Positions 29,239-38,523 of a stretch of DNA of 64,000 bases are shown piece by piece (the stretch's first letter is position 1; each line of letters begins with the position of its first letter). The notes below the pieces were generated by a model that made no database searches, was not told the DNA's origin, and saw only the letters and a list, made by a program, of their open reading frames with translations. Source of the stretch: a virus; IMG/VR virus record IMGVR_UViG_3300031576_000005, positions 95,143-159,142 of that record; one strand, written 5' to 3'. Both the position numbers and the translations under genes were made by a program.

Positions 29239-29593
29239 ATTTTTTCTTGAAATCTTTCATAAAATCTTGATTTGATAGGCACAGATATACAAACATACAT
29301 GCATATATTAAATGAGTATCTTTGGTTCCAGAGGATATTAATGTTGCTTTATCTCTTTCTATATATATAGATATAAAATCAGTGAGTGTTGACAAAAAAT
29401 AAGTATTAATATAAAGCTTATTGTCTTTTTCTATGAATATAATGCTTTCGTCTTGATTTCGAAATGCAGTAAATCTTTCATCTAATAAAATATTTTTACA
29501 AGCTGATACTAAAATTCCTTGTGATAAATAGGTTAAATAATTAAAATATATTTCATAGGCTAACTTTTCGTTTATAGAAACATCCTTATTCAT
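29228..29593 (-). CDS. Hypothetical protein
   Basis: Coupled ORF. Confidence 0.55.
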   Translation of the reverse strand: MNKDVSINEKLAYEIYFNYLTYLSQGILVSACKNILLDERFTAFRNQDESIIFIEKDNKLYINTYFLSTLTDFISIYIERDKATLISSGTKDTHLIYACMFVYLCLSNQDFMKDFKKKYDN

Positions 29594-30090
29594 TTGATGC
29601 CCATGTGATTATGTGAAAATAATAGTGGGGCACCATCATACTTTTCTATTTCAAAAGCCGGCTCTCCAGATAAGCCGCCGCGATTTCTAATCTTTTCTAA
29701 CAAATTTTCATCATTCACAGTGGATTTGTATTCGCTATAATAAATTACTTTTTTTACGTTAAAATGAACTAAGAATAAGGCGCATGAAGGACATGGTTTA
29801 AAAGTTATGTATAAAGTCAGCTTTTCTTGGGCGCGACATTTTTCTAATCCAGCAAATAATAGTGCGTTCATTTCGGCGTGAATTATATAGGGTTGTTTTT
29901 TGTCTCCGTCCAATAATTCGTCATTAAAATTTGCTGGAGCGCCATTATATCCCGAATATAATTCGTTCGAATCTGTTTTTAAGACAGCCCCGACTTTAGT
30001 ATTTTTATCCTTTGACCTTACAGATATTAGGAATGCCAATGACATGCAATAACAATCCCATGTGGTGTTAATTGGAAGAATATTATTCAT
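29590..30090 (-). CDS. dCMP deaminase
   Basis: RSKD..TKVGA, GYNG, HAEMNA, PCPSC. Confidence 0.92.
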   Translation of the reverse strand: MNNILPINTTWDCYCMSLAFLISVRSKDKNTKVGAVLKTDSNELYSGYNGAPANFNDELLDGDKKQPYIIHAEMNALLFAGLEKCRAQEKLTLYITFKPCPSCALFLVHFNVKKVIYYSEYKSTVNDENLLEKIRNRGGLSGEPAFEIEKYDGAPLLFSHNHMGIK

Positions 30091-30903
30091 ATAATCTTAT
30101 AAATTCTGCAAATTTCTCTCTTTTCCTTTGAAGAAATATCTTTTCACGACTATATAAAAAAGTCAAGAAAATCTTAACTTGCCTATTTCCGCAGATTCTT
30201 AAATTAAAATTATTTTTATTATCCTTAAATCTTTTATCGATAATGCAGTTAATATTTAGTTTTTCTGTAATAAATTTTTTGAAATATAAACAAATATTTG
30301 AGGTTCCAACAATTACAATTTGACTTCGTATGGTCTTTCTCGGAAAAGACCATGTTAAGCATCCATCTCCATCAAAATAACCTAAGATAAAACTTTTAAT
30401 AAAACTATCTCTATTTAATTTTGGCATTTTTAAAATAAATGTTTTATTCTGCATTATTCCTAATTTTATTAGAGATTTTGCAATATTGATATTATTTATA
30501 TTTAATCTATATTCATTCCTAAGCTTATAATTGCCATTTCTCCCTCTATATTTTACGAAAAGTAATGGTCTGGATGATTGTAAGCATTGATTTATTTTAT
30601 ATAAAATTTCCACATCTTTATCTTGCAAAGATAAGGCAACCGCGTGTTGGTCTTTATTAACATATCCATCTGCCGCTAAAAATCCTAGAATGTATGCCTT
30701 TTCTTTTTATCGATTTTATCAAAATAATGTTCATTGATTTTATACTTCCTATGAGATAGAGTTGGTGGTCTTAGCATTATTTGGTTTTTTATTAAAATAT
30801 CTCTGATGCATGTTTTTGATACGCCAAACATTTTTCCAATCTGTGGACAAGAATATCCATCTTTGTACAAGCTAGTAATTTTTGTCTTAGGAATTAGATT
30901 CAT
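30083..30903 (-). pseudogene. HTH + double-motif LAGLIDADG endonuclease with one frameshift near 30704-30708
   Basis: YFDKID then, in the -1 frame, EKAYILGFLAADG; second motif FILGYFDGDG; adding one A gives a 273-aa ORF. Confidence 0.85.
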
Positions 30904-31061
30904 TTATAGCCTCTACAAGTGCTTTAAGTATAGATTTAACTTGGTCTGAATGGATTTCAAAGCCCCAATCATCAGCAATAAGAAGTTTTTGTTGTTTGGC
31001 CTCATTATATAAAAAGTTGGCTCGATTTGTTATTTTTTGTAGGTCTAGTTTTTTCATATTA

Positions 31062-31286
31062 TTAATCTAATAAATATAAATATTCTTCGCCGCAATGGTC
31101 TAAAATATATTTTTCACATTCTTTTTTATTTTTACGTTCCATAATATAATGAGATTGGGTATACCATCCAGAATCATATAATCTATCTGATAATTTTTTA
31201 AGATATTTCTCAAGAAAAATATCGTCGTAATTATCTTTAAATTCCTTACTAAAACAGGAACGTGGCTTCGAACCTTTGCCGTTCAT
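31062..31286 (-). CDS. Hypothetical phage protein
   Basis: MNGKGSKPR..F..NYDDIF. Confidence 0.6.
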   Translation of the reverse strand: MNGKGSKPRSCFSKEFKDNYDDIFLEKYLKKLSDRLYDSGWYTQSHYIMERKNKKECEKYILDHCGEEYLYLLD

Positions 31287-31567
31287 AAATATCCTTTTGA
31301 TAATTTTCCGCTCTTGGTTAAAACGCCGGCTTTAATTAAAGAATTTACCTTTTGTTTGAGCGTCATATTTTGGAGGTCTTTCAAAGACTAACTTATTAAG
31401 TTGTTTTTGATTCATTTCTTTCATTCTCTATAAATTTTATATAATTTTGGCCATATTTACAATCTTGATGAATACATTCTTTACAAAATCCTTGAAGCCG
31501 ACAAGAGACTCTAACCCCACATTCATCACAGAAAAAACCACTGCTCTTAGGATTTTCGGGATTATGT

Positions 31568-31831
31568 TTAATGTATTTTATCATAATTTTTACTTTTCTT
31601 AGCATGATGTATATTATAAAGACTTAAATCAACTATAACATAATTAAATATCTCTAAATATAAATCAAATCTTGGATTGTGGTCACGATTCTTATTAAAA
31701 TGTAAGTCGGTAGTTAATGTTATTAAATTAATTTCACCTTTGTATTCTCTCCATTGGTGGAACATTGAAAGTTCAAAATGATAATTTTTTCCAATTGGAA
31801 AATTTATACTGCGTCGTCTTAGGGATAACAT
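31568..31831 (-). CDS. Hypothetical protein
   Basis: Co-oriented ORF. Confidence 0.55.
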   Translation of the reverse strand: MLSLRRRSINFPIGKNYHFELSMFHQWREYKGEINLITLTTDLHFNKNRDHNPRFDLYLEIFNYVIVDLSLYNIHHAKKSKNYDKIH

Positions 31832-31846
31832 ATCATTAATATAATT

Positions 31847-32510
31847 CTATAAAATTCCTAAAATCTGCTTCATATATTTTCTAAATATTCGAAATTCTTT
31901 TGGTGTGGTATGTGAACCAAAAATTTTATGAAACAGATAATGATATTCATAACGGATTGTTATAACATTGTCTATATTGTATCTATATTTTGGATAATTA
32001 GCAACATTAAATTTGTGATGAACAGATAAAAGACCGCCCCTAATTCCATCTATCTGACATATCCAATCATCTCTCTTTAAAGCTTTTTTATAATATTTTT
32101 ATCTCTCAAAGTCATTCGTTTGTATAAACGATATTTATTCGTTAGATGCGGATTATAGGCAGGATTTTTATTACCCCTTTTAGATTTTTATATTTTTCTT
32201 TTTGCTTCTTCTGACATATGTTTACCAAAATGCGGATGTTCTTTCCCAAATTTTCCAAAATTTGGTTTTTTTTCTCCTTTATGCGATTCTGATAATTTTA
32301 ATCGAGTTTCCAAAGATAAATTTTCTCTTTTTCTAGAACATGTCAAACAATGCTTTGTTCCACGTCCTTTAATAGCATCTACTCTAAGTATTGCCCTATT
32401 CTTCTTTCCTTTATGTGTATTATATTCGCAACCCACTAAAGAAAACCATTTTAGCTCTCTGTTTTTCCCCTACCAACAAAAAATTTTTTATAATTTAAAT
32501 AAACAATCAT
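31847..32510 (-). pseudogene. Degenerate HNH/NUMOD3 endonuclease (family copy 3)
   Basis: MIVYLNY start, frameshift at 32462-32466, in-frame TAA 32188-32190, second frameshift near 32084-32100, then ALKRDDWICQI..SVHHKFN..DNVIT..HYLFH. Confidence 0.8.
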
Positions 32511-32511
32511 A

Positions 32512-32742
32512 TCAATACAATTCTACCAAATATCTAATGGCCATAGCCGCCACCTGGATTGCTTCTAACTTACCGTGCTTATGCTGATTATGTTTTACAG
32601 TATCCCAAAGCTCGCTGACTTCTTCGGCGAGAATGCAGTATCCCTCATGATGACTGTGAAAGGGACGATGTTTATCGCTAGCCCTCTGGTATTCTTCTAA
32701 AACCTTTTTTAGAACCTTATTTAGTTTTTTATTCTTTTTCAT
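32512..32742 (-). CDS. MazG-like all-alpha NTP pyrophosphatase-fold protein
   Basis: HEGYCILAEEVSEL..EAIQVAAMA. Confidence 0.6.
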   Translation of the reverse strand: MKKNKKLNKVLKKVLEEYQRASDKHRPFHSHHEGYCILAEEVSELWDTVKHNQHKHGKLEAIQVAAMAIRYLVELY

Positions 32743-32753
32743 GACTATTAAAT

Positions 32754-32782
32754 ATCTTACGCTATATTTAAGTTATTGTCAA
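32754..32782 (-). promoter_or_regulatory. sigma70-like promoter TTGACA-17-TAAGAT
   Basis: Perfect -35, fills the intergenic gap. Confidence 0.75.
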
Positions 32783-33901
32783 CTATTCATTGTGTTTTAA
32801 TAAGAAAATCGGATTTATTGCTTTAAACGATAACCTTCCTAATTCTGCGTCTCTCTCTTCGACCAAGGGTCTAAAAACAAAACCCTCATTTGGAACATCG
32901 GCAAGTTTTGAGCGACTATCGGCCAAATCTATTAAAGTATCTACATTAGCAACATTCTCTGCAAGACAAAATGATTCATTAACGATGGGAACTGTTTTAG
33001 CCCCAATTGCTTCAGCGACCCGAATAAAATCTTTAAAATCTAGATATTTTTGATTATCAATATCGAATATATTAAATAGGTAAATATCTTGTCCTTTTAG
33101 TTTATATTTATTTCCTTGCACGCCCTCCCCAATACATTCTCCCTGAACGGCAAAATTTTTACTAGAACTAATATCGGCAATAACATCGGCAATTTTAGTG
33201 AGTTTTTCGTCCCACTTATGGTGTCTAAATACTTTCCATAATGTATTATCTTCTGTTTCTTTTAATTCTAGATTTCGGCTACAAACACCAAATTGTCCAT
33301 CTTTAATGAAAAAGGTGGTTGAGCAGCCATCACATTTTTCTGAAACATAGAAGTATTTATCAATATGTCGTTTTAATACATCTGGAACTGATTGAATTCT
33401 GCATTCGTCGGTACGAGGAATAAAAGACGGAAAACGCCCCTTAGCAACTCCAGACAGACAAGCTGGAACCGGAGGTTCGTATTTTGTAATCCCTAACCAT
33501 TCCGTCACGTCATCCCCTTCTTGCGGGGGGTTGATTTTCCAATTATATCCATCAGATTCTAATATAGTTAGCTTAATACCGACAATGCTGCCGTCATCAT
33601 TATGATGTTCTTTTGTTAATATCGATAAAGGAAAGCAGATGCCCTGACTAATTTGAGACCTAAGACGAATAGTACGAATCCTAATTGGCTTATCTGGATT
33701 ATTCTTGTTTCTTAAAAATTCAGACCATTGAGCAAATGGCAATATAGAATCTACCTCACAATATACAACCATATCTCCGGATTTAAATTGCTCCTTAGGT
33801 ACAACGACCTTCCATCCTAATATCTCAGCAACGGATATTTTATCCGCCCCGTCAATCGGAGAAATATTTTTGATAATTTGTAGACTAGAAAGCTTTCTCA
33901 T
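32783..33901 (-). CDS. RNA ligase, DRB0094-like family
   Basis: N-terminal PIDGADKI..GWKVVV..YCEVDS..SQG; FPSFIPRTD; motif I EKCDG; CSRN; QGE; EGFV; SFKAI. Confidence 0.9.
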   Translation of the reverse strand: MRKLSSLQIIKNISPIDGADKISVAEILGWKVVVPKEQFKSGDMVVYCEVDSILPFAQWSEFLRNKNNPDKPIRIRTIRLRSQISQGICFPLSILTKEHHNDDGSIVGIKLTILESDGYNWKINPPQEGDDVTEWLGITKYEPPVPACLSGVAKGRFPSFIPRTDECRIQSVPDVLKRHIDKYFYVSEKCDGCSTTFFIKDGQFGVCSRNLELKETEDNTLWKVFRHHKWDEKLTKIADVIADISSSKNFAVQGECIGEGVQGNKYKLKGQDIYLFNIFDIDNQKYLDFKDFIRVAEAIGAKTVPIVNESFCLAENVANVDTLIDLADSRSKLADVPNEGFVFRPLVEERDAELGRLSFKAINPIFLLKHNE

Positions 33902-33921
33902 ATTATGTTAAATTTAATTAT

Positions 33922-34596
33922 CTATGTCCAAAGAAAATTTCTATATTTAATCAATCGCTGAAGCATTTCTTCTTGTTCTTTCTCATATTGGGCTTCTAGA
34001 GAAATTAAAACTTTGTATTTCTCGTCGTAAGACAAATCTTTTGGCATATTATGCGCTATATCCTGCGCTTTTTCTATTTGTTTTTCTCTGTATTCTCTCA
34101 ACATCCACCATTGCCTCGCTTCATTAATTTCTTTCCAAAAAGTTTTCTGAGGCTCTTCGTCAAAAGAAACTATTTCCTCTGGTGCTTCGTTAAAATATCT
34201 TTCCAAAACTGCAAATATAGCATGAACCATAACTTCAGAGTTATCTGTCCATGTATTAGGAAGTGTTTTTATTTTAATAACATTATAGGGTCGAAGCCAA
34301 CATTTGAACTTATACCATTTATCTTTAATTCTATGAGCTGGGATGGAGAATAAGTATGGAAATTCCTCTCGAATATAATATTGTAGAGGGCATAATTTCT
34401 TTATTTTTCGCTCCCATTCATCGCTGGTAGGTGTATATGGGTCATATTTTTCCCAAGCGAAATACATTGCCGAGCGATAAAGATGAAAAGGTCCAAATTT
34501 AAATCTCTTCGTTCTCCAGGGTTTACAACAACGAGCGGCTTGGTCTTCTTCTTTTTCGTGTTTATCCATCATTTTTTGAAATTTTTTATTTTTCAT
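33922..34596 (-). CDS. Hypothetical phage protein
   Basis: Long ORF, start moved to ATG 34596. Confidence 0.7.
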   Translation of the reverse strand: MKNKKFQKMMDKHEKEEDQAARCCKPWRTKRFKFGPFHLYRSAMYFAWEKYDPYTPTSDEWERKIKKLCPLQYYIREEFPYLFSIPAHRIKDKWYKFKCWLRPYNVIKIKTLPNTWTDNSEVMVHAIFAVLERYFNEAPEEIVSFDEEPQKTFWKEINEARQWWMLREYREKQIEKAQDIAHNMPKDLSYDEKYKVLISLEAQYEKEQEEMLQRLIKYRNFLWT

Positions 34597-34932
34597 ATAT
34601 TTAACATTCCCCCTAACAAAAGAGTGCAAAATAGCCAAAAAAACCAAAATACCCACCAAAGTAGCGAATATCGCTTGATTTTATTTTTGTCCGCCATTAC
34701 AGCAAAGACAATACCAGAACAAACTCCGATTAAAAAATTTAGAAAAAAACTCATATTATTCAAAAAATGTACTAACTTTTTGCGGCCTTTTCTTGTGTTC
34801 TACATGGGCATTATCTACTCTTTTCCTATGGGTATGAAAATAAACCGCCATACAAGACCTACAACTAAAATTTGGCAACAACAACCCGCTATATTCTGGG
34901 TGCTTTTTGCATTTCGTGGCAAATTTCATAAT

Positions 34933-35421
34933 TTATAGCTTCATTTCTTTAATAGCTCTTACGTATGCTGCTTCAAAAATTTTATCGTACCGAAATCTTT
35001 TGGCATTTGTTTCGATAGAGTATCGAATATTACCATTTTTATGTCTACGTGAAGCGCTTTTCCAATCGCAAAGTAATTCTATTTGGTCGAGGGGACTCAT
35101 GTCTCTCATCCCGTTTTTCCAATATTGTGGATGATGAGCATTATGTTTGTAATGATGAACAAGGGCTGGCTTGATTCCATCTAAAATTTTTTGATATTCG
35201 GGCGTTCCATATTTTACGTTTTTAAGCTTAAAGATATCCCTGGCAAAATAGGGGGCTTCATATTTAGAATATTTGCTCATATCGTGAATTATAGCACGCC
35301 AAAGCAAGCATTTGCAAGCTTTTAATATATAAAACGCAACCCAAAATTTATGGATTGTGGTTTGTAGAAAATTATAGATATAATTAATTTTATTCACAAT
35401 ATATACATTTACAAAGTCCAT
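34933..35421 (-). CDS. HD-domain protein (DUF5662-like)
   Basis: HK..V, IHDMSKY, HHYKHNAHHPQYW, LCDW. Confidence 0.8.
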   Translation of the reverse strand: MDFVNVYIVNKINYIYNFLQTTIHKFWVAFYILKACKCLLWRAIIHDMSKYSKYEAPYFARDIFKLKNVKYGTPEYQKILDGIKPALVHHYKHNAHHPQYWKNGMRDMSPLDQIELLCDWKSASRRHKNGNIRYSIETNAKRFRYDKIFEAAYVRAIKEMKL

Positions 35422-35950
35422 CTTCAGTCAATTTCATATATCCTATTGTTTTAATTTTATGACAAAAATCACATTCTTGACTAATTGAACCTATTTCTAA
35501 AATTGGATTTTTAATAGTTTCTCTCACTATCTCTAAAGCCCTATTCGTAAAATGTTGAGCGTATTCTTCTTTAGTTATTTTCACAATGTTTTTGTAATTT
35601 TCTAAATATTTATTAATATTTTCAACACCCAATGGATTCAGAGAATGAGTTTTCCACTCTGGGAGTTTAAGATTATTTTTTTGGCAGTATCCTACCAACC
35701 ATTTAGCCGCATCGTAGCCGGTTTTTTCACTATATGTTTTATAAGGGATTGGTTCATCTGGATGATGTTTGGCGGCATAATGAAAAACAGAAAGGTCGTG
35801 GTCAAACGCGATAAATTCTGGTAGCCCATGTTCCTCGATATATTGAGTAAAAGCATTATAATTGCGAACTATAATCCAGGAAGCTTTCGGTAATTGTATC
35901 CAAGTCACTTGTTCGGGCGTTCGTTCATCATCTAAAAAGAGATAATACAT
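35390..35950 (-). CDS. Cyclic-phosphate-processing receiver-like domain protein
   Basis: LFLDDERTP, IAFDHDL, TGYDAAKWL, HSLNPLG..NI. Confidence 0.8.
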   Translation of the reverse strand: MYYLFLDDERTPEQVTWIQLPKASWIIVRNYNAFTQYIEEHGLPEFIAFDHDLSVFHYAAKHHPDEPIPYKTYSEKTGYDAAKWLVGYCQKNNLKLPEWKTHSLNPLGVENINKYLENYKNIVKITKEEYAQHFTNRALEIVRETIKNPILEIGSISQECDFCHKIKTIGYMKLTEDGLCKCIYCE

Positions 35951-35951
35951 A

Positions 35952-36182
35952 TTATATGGTTATATCATTGCTTAAAAAAGTATCAACCTGTTCTTGCGTT
36001 GCTTCTATCATCAGCTCTGTAATAATCCAAGAGTTATATATTGTTTTTTCAATTTTCTTAGAATAAGTGTTATAATATATTTTAGTTTTTGCTATCCATT
36101 GCATATCATTGTTTTGAGAACAATCTATGGCATATACAAGTCCCATATACCATTCTTCACCCCCTATAAAATGTCTTTTCAT
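35952..36182 (-). CDS. Hypothetical protein
   Basis: Coupled ORF. Confidence 0.5.
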   Translation of the reverse strand: MKRHFIGGEEWYMGLVYAIDCSQNNDMQWIAKTKIYYNTYSKKIEKTIYNSWIITELMIEATQEQVDTFLSNDITI

Positions 36183-36397
36183 AGTTTTAAAGAAAATCCA
36201 TTCTTTTCTTCAACGCTATCTTTCAATAATTTCAAAACATATTTAGAAAGCCCCCTTTCGGTAACTGTCTTTTTCCCAGTTTGTTGTTTATAGAACTCTA
36301 CAAATGAGTCGTCTACTTCAAAATCCATAGTGGCCGAGCCATCTGGATTGTCTGTTACTTTTAATACGTTAATAATTGGTAGTTTTTTATTTTTCAT
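36179..36397 (-). CDS. Hypothetical protein
   Basis: DNPDGSAT motif; coupled ORF. Confidence 0.55.
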   Translation of the reverse strand: MKNKKLPIINVLKVTDNPDGSATMDFEVDDSFVEFYKQQTGKKTVTERGLSKYVLKLLKDSVEEKNGFSLKL

Positions 36398-36402
36398 TTT
36401 TT

Positions 36403-36690
36403 TTAAGAAATATCATAGCCTTCTATACTCACATCGTCTTTGTCTGATGGTGGGGGTGTAAAATTAACTTTCGCTCTACATCTACGGACGGCCTCGACCA
36501 ATATATCTATAAAGCTCATAACATTGCCATCTTCTCCCTTTTCTTTTACAACGTCTAGAAGGTGGCAAACAAAATCAACCTCTTTCTTTTTCCTTTTAGT
36601 GACATCCAAGGCCACTTGTATTAGATTGCCATATTTTAAATAGCTTACCTTTTTATTTTCATTTAAGAAATCATCTAAATCATTATCCAT
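36403..36690 (-). CDS. Hypothetical protein
   Basis: ATG 6 nt after TTGACA-17-TATTAT promoter. Confidence 0.6.
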   Translation of the reverse strand: MDNDLDDFLNENKKVSYLKYGNLIQVALDVTKRKKKEVDFVCHLLDVVKEKGEDGNVMSFIDILVEAVRRCRAKVNFTPPPSDKDDVSIEGYDIS

Positions 36691-36696
36691 TGTTGT

Positions 36697-36725
36697 ATAA
36701 TATTACAATATTTAAGAATTGTCAA
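36697..36725 (-). promoter_or_regulatory. sigma70-like promoter TTGACA-17-TATTAT
   Basis: Perfect -35 overlapping upstream TGA; ATG 6 nt downstream. Confidence 0.75.
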
Positions 36726-36898
36726 TTCTTTTTATTAAATAATTTAATTTGCTCTAGGGCTTGTTTTAGGGTTACTTTTTTCGGAGAACTACGAACTGCT
36801 TCCATGACTTTCTTTCGAACAGGGGCAAAATGTTTCATCATCTCCGTAATAACTAGACACATTTTCTCCCATTTGGTTAACCTATCTCTTTTTTTCAT
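36722..36898 (-). CDS. Small basic hypothetical protein
   Basis: ATG 36898 directly after the structured element. Confidence 0.5.
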   Translation of the reverse strand: MKKRDRLTKWEKMCLVITEMMKHFAPVRKKVMEAVRSSPKKVTLKQALEQIKLFNKKN

Positions 36899-36907
36899 AT
36901 AAATTAA

Positions 36908-37048
36908 TTCTATCACCACACTCGAATCTTGTCGAGAACATATCCTCTATTATACGTCGAGGAAAACATCACAATTTATTCAGCCTTAGCTTACTAGTAA
37001 GTTTGTGAATAGCTAATAGTAATAGCGTATTTAGTTTTGATGATAGAA
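36908..37048 (-). ncRNA. Candidate structured RNA A (multi-stem junction)
   Basis: 11-bp closing stem 36908-36918/37038-37048 with a G-U pair on minus; inner stems 36921-25/36932-36, 36943-47/36959-63, 36977-82/37006-11, 37012-15/37023-26. Confidence 0.5.
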
Positions 37049-37063
37049 ATTGTTAAATTTTTA

Positions 37064-37291
37064 TTAAAATTTTAAATAATCTTTTAAATAGTTTTGAATA
37101 TCTTCAATGCCAATGACGCCATCCAGTTCGTTTCCAATATAAGCTGTAAATTTTTGCTTCCCATTAATTTTTAAAGATAGACTTCCCCATCTATATCGTA
37201 TATAAATATCTTTGCCACATTCTGTTGTTCCCTCCCATTGGGATGGACAGGCCGAACAAGTTTGCTCTAATTGTTTTACGGTATATTTCAT
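37064..37291 (-). CDS. Hypothetical phage protein
   Basis: TCSACPSQWEG..IYIRYRWG. Confidence 0.75.
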   Translation of the reverse strand: MKYTVKQLEQTCSACPSQWEGTTECGKDIYIRYRWGSLSLKINGKQKFTAYIGNELDGVIGIEDIQNYLKDYLKF

Positions 37292-37294
37292 ATT

Positions 37295-37309
37295 AAACTT
37301 AAGAAGTTT
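37295..37309. promoter_or_regulatory. Palindromic 15-mer AAACTT-aag-AAGTTT, copy 1
   Basis: 3 nt upstream of ATG 37291; identical to 42318-42332. Confidence 0.55.
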
Positions 37310-37321
37310 ATATTAAAAATT

Positions 37322-37416
37322 GCCAATCTGTTTACGTTCGAGATTGATTGGCGGGAATCCCAATGTATGAAGCATCACAAGCAAAATCATAAACATGTGA
37401 TGCAAGGCACGTAAAC
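37322..37416 (-). ncRNA. Candidate structured RNA B (three-way junction with alternative 3' pairing)
   Basis: Perfect 8-bp stems 37330-37/37409-16 and 37372-79/37396-403; 5-bp stem 37347-51/37360-64; competing 7-bp pairing 37322-28/37346-52. Confidence 0.55.
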
Positions 37417-37620
37417 TCACCCAATAGAAAAAGCCCAAAAAAAATCAAATTTTCTCTATATTCCTTACTTTCTTCCTTAATTGTTTGATATTATGCCTAA
37501 TTACATTGGTATCTCTTTTAATATCTATGTCAAAATTTGGAGAATGAGACATTCTCAGAACCCGCCAAAACATTTTCCTTTGTTCGGCTATTTGTTTATA
37601 TAGATTATTGGTGTCTTTTG

Positions 37621-37818
37621 TCATAAAAATTCTAAAAATTTTGCTTTAACAGAAAATACTCCTTCATATCCATTATCTAACTCTATTCGATACCAACATC
37701 TTTTACTATCTTGCCACAATATTTGTTTAATTATTCCTTCTTTGTTATGATAATAATCTAAAATGTCGGAAGATTTTAATATTTTTACTCTTTTATTTAT
37801 ATTTGTTTCTGGCTTCAT
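37621..37818 (-). CDS. Small hypothetical protein (possible SH3-like barrel)
   Basis: RVKI..EGIIKQI..YRIELDNG. Confidence 0.5.
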   Translation of the reverse strand: MKPETNINKRVKILKSSDILDYYHNKEGIIKQILWQDSKRCWYRIELDNGYEGVFSVKAKFLEFL

Positions 37819-38272
37819 CTATATCTATTTTCTTGGTGTTTTTAATATTTTTAACCCTTTTACTTAAATCATCTAACTTTTCTTTAATTTGCCTCTGGTC
37901 GAAGCCAAAAAATGTTATTTCCCATAAAATATAAGCAACCGTATTATCAATATCATACATGCTTTCTACATTCATGGCAAGTATTTTCTTCCATGGTGTG
38001 AATTCCATGGCATAATTTTCTTTGTCGCCTTTCTTCTTGCCTGTTACTTGCCCCTCCCATCCATCATGTTTATCTTCGAATTTTGTGACATGAAGCGTAA
38101 ATTGGCTTCGTTTGCTTGGCGTTAAAGCGTTTAGTTGCTCAATCACTTTATAATATCCTTCTCGCTCACTATCCTCGTCAAATTTATCATACGGATATCG
38201 TTTATGGATACCGATAATACAATCCAAGACTCTATCAAGGTTACTTTTGTCAATATATTCTTTGAAGTTCAT
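37793..38272 (-). CDS. Hypothetical protein
   Basis: YAMEFTPW..ILWEITFFGFD. Confidence 0.7.
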   Translation of the reverse strand: MNFKEYIDKSNLDRVLDCIIGIHKRYPYDKFDEDSEREGYYKVIEQLNALTPSKRSQFTLHVTKFEDKHDGWEGQVTGKKKGDKENYAMEFTPWKKILAMNVESMYDIDNTVAYILWEITFFGFDQRQIKEKLDDLSKRVKNIKNTKKIDIDEARNKYK

Positions 38273-38523
38273 TGGTATTTATAGTAGAGTACAATAACCC
38301 AAGCACATAATATTAAACCAATCGCCTGATTTAAAAACCAATACAAGGGACAAACAGTAAGATAAGAATAAGCAAAGGAAGCTACATATCCCAAGATACT
38401 TAGCCAATATTGGCCAACAGAAATGTCTTTGGCCGATTTTAATTTATATAGTTTAATGATTTGTGGAACATAGCAAAGACAAAAGCCAAAAACCATTAGA
38501 AAACCGAATATATGAATTAACAT
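38269..38523 (-). CDS. SemiSWEET / PQ-loop membrane transporter
   Basis: 84 aa, three hydrophobic helices, YVPQIIKLYKLKSAKDIS signature. Confidence 0.85.
   Translation of the reverse strand: MLIHIFGFLMVFGFCLCYVPQIIKLYKLKSAKDISVGQYWLSILGYVASFAYSYLTVCPLYWFLNQAIGLILCAWVIVLYYKYQ

Noticed and set aside
32083-32089. A_AAA_AAG in HNH copy 3 as a conserved programmed frameshift
   Set aside because: This copy has other lesions, and the alignment fits a deletion in the upstream A run equally well, making the heptamer incidental.
36908-37416. Assigning the two structured elements to hammerhead, RNase P, tmRNA, SAM-I or a group I intron (GCGGGAA near 37351 and GAGGAAA near 36959 caught my eye)
   Set aside because: The required partner motifs are missing, so they are left as unclassified candidates.
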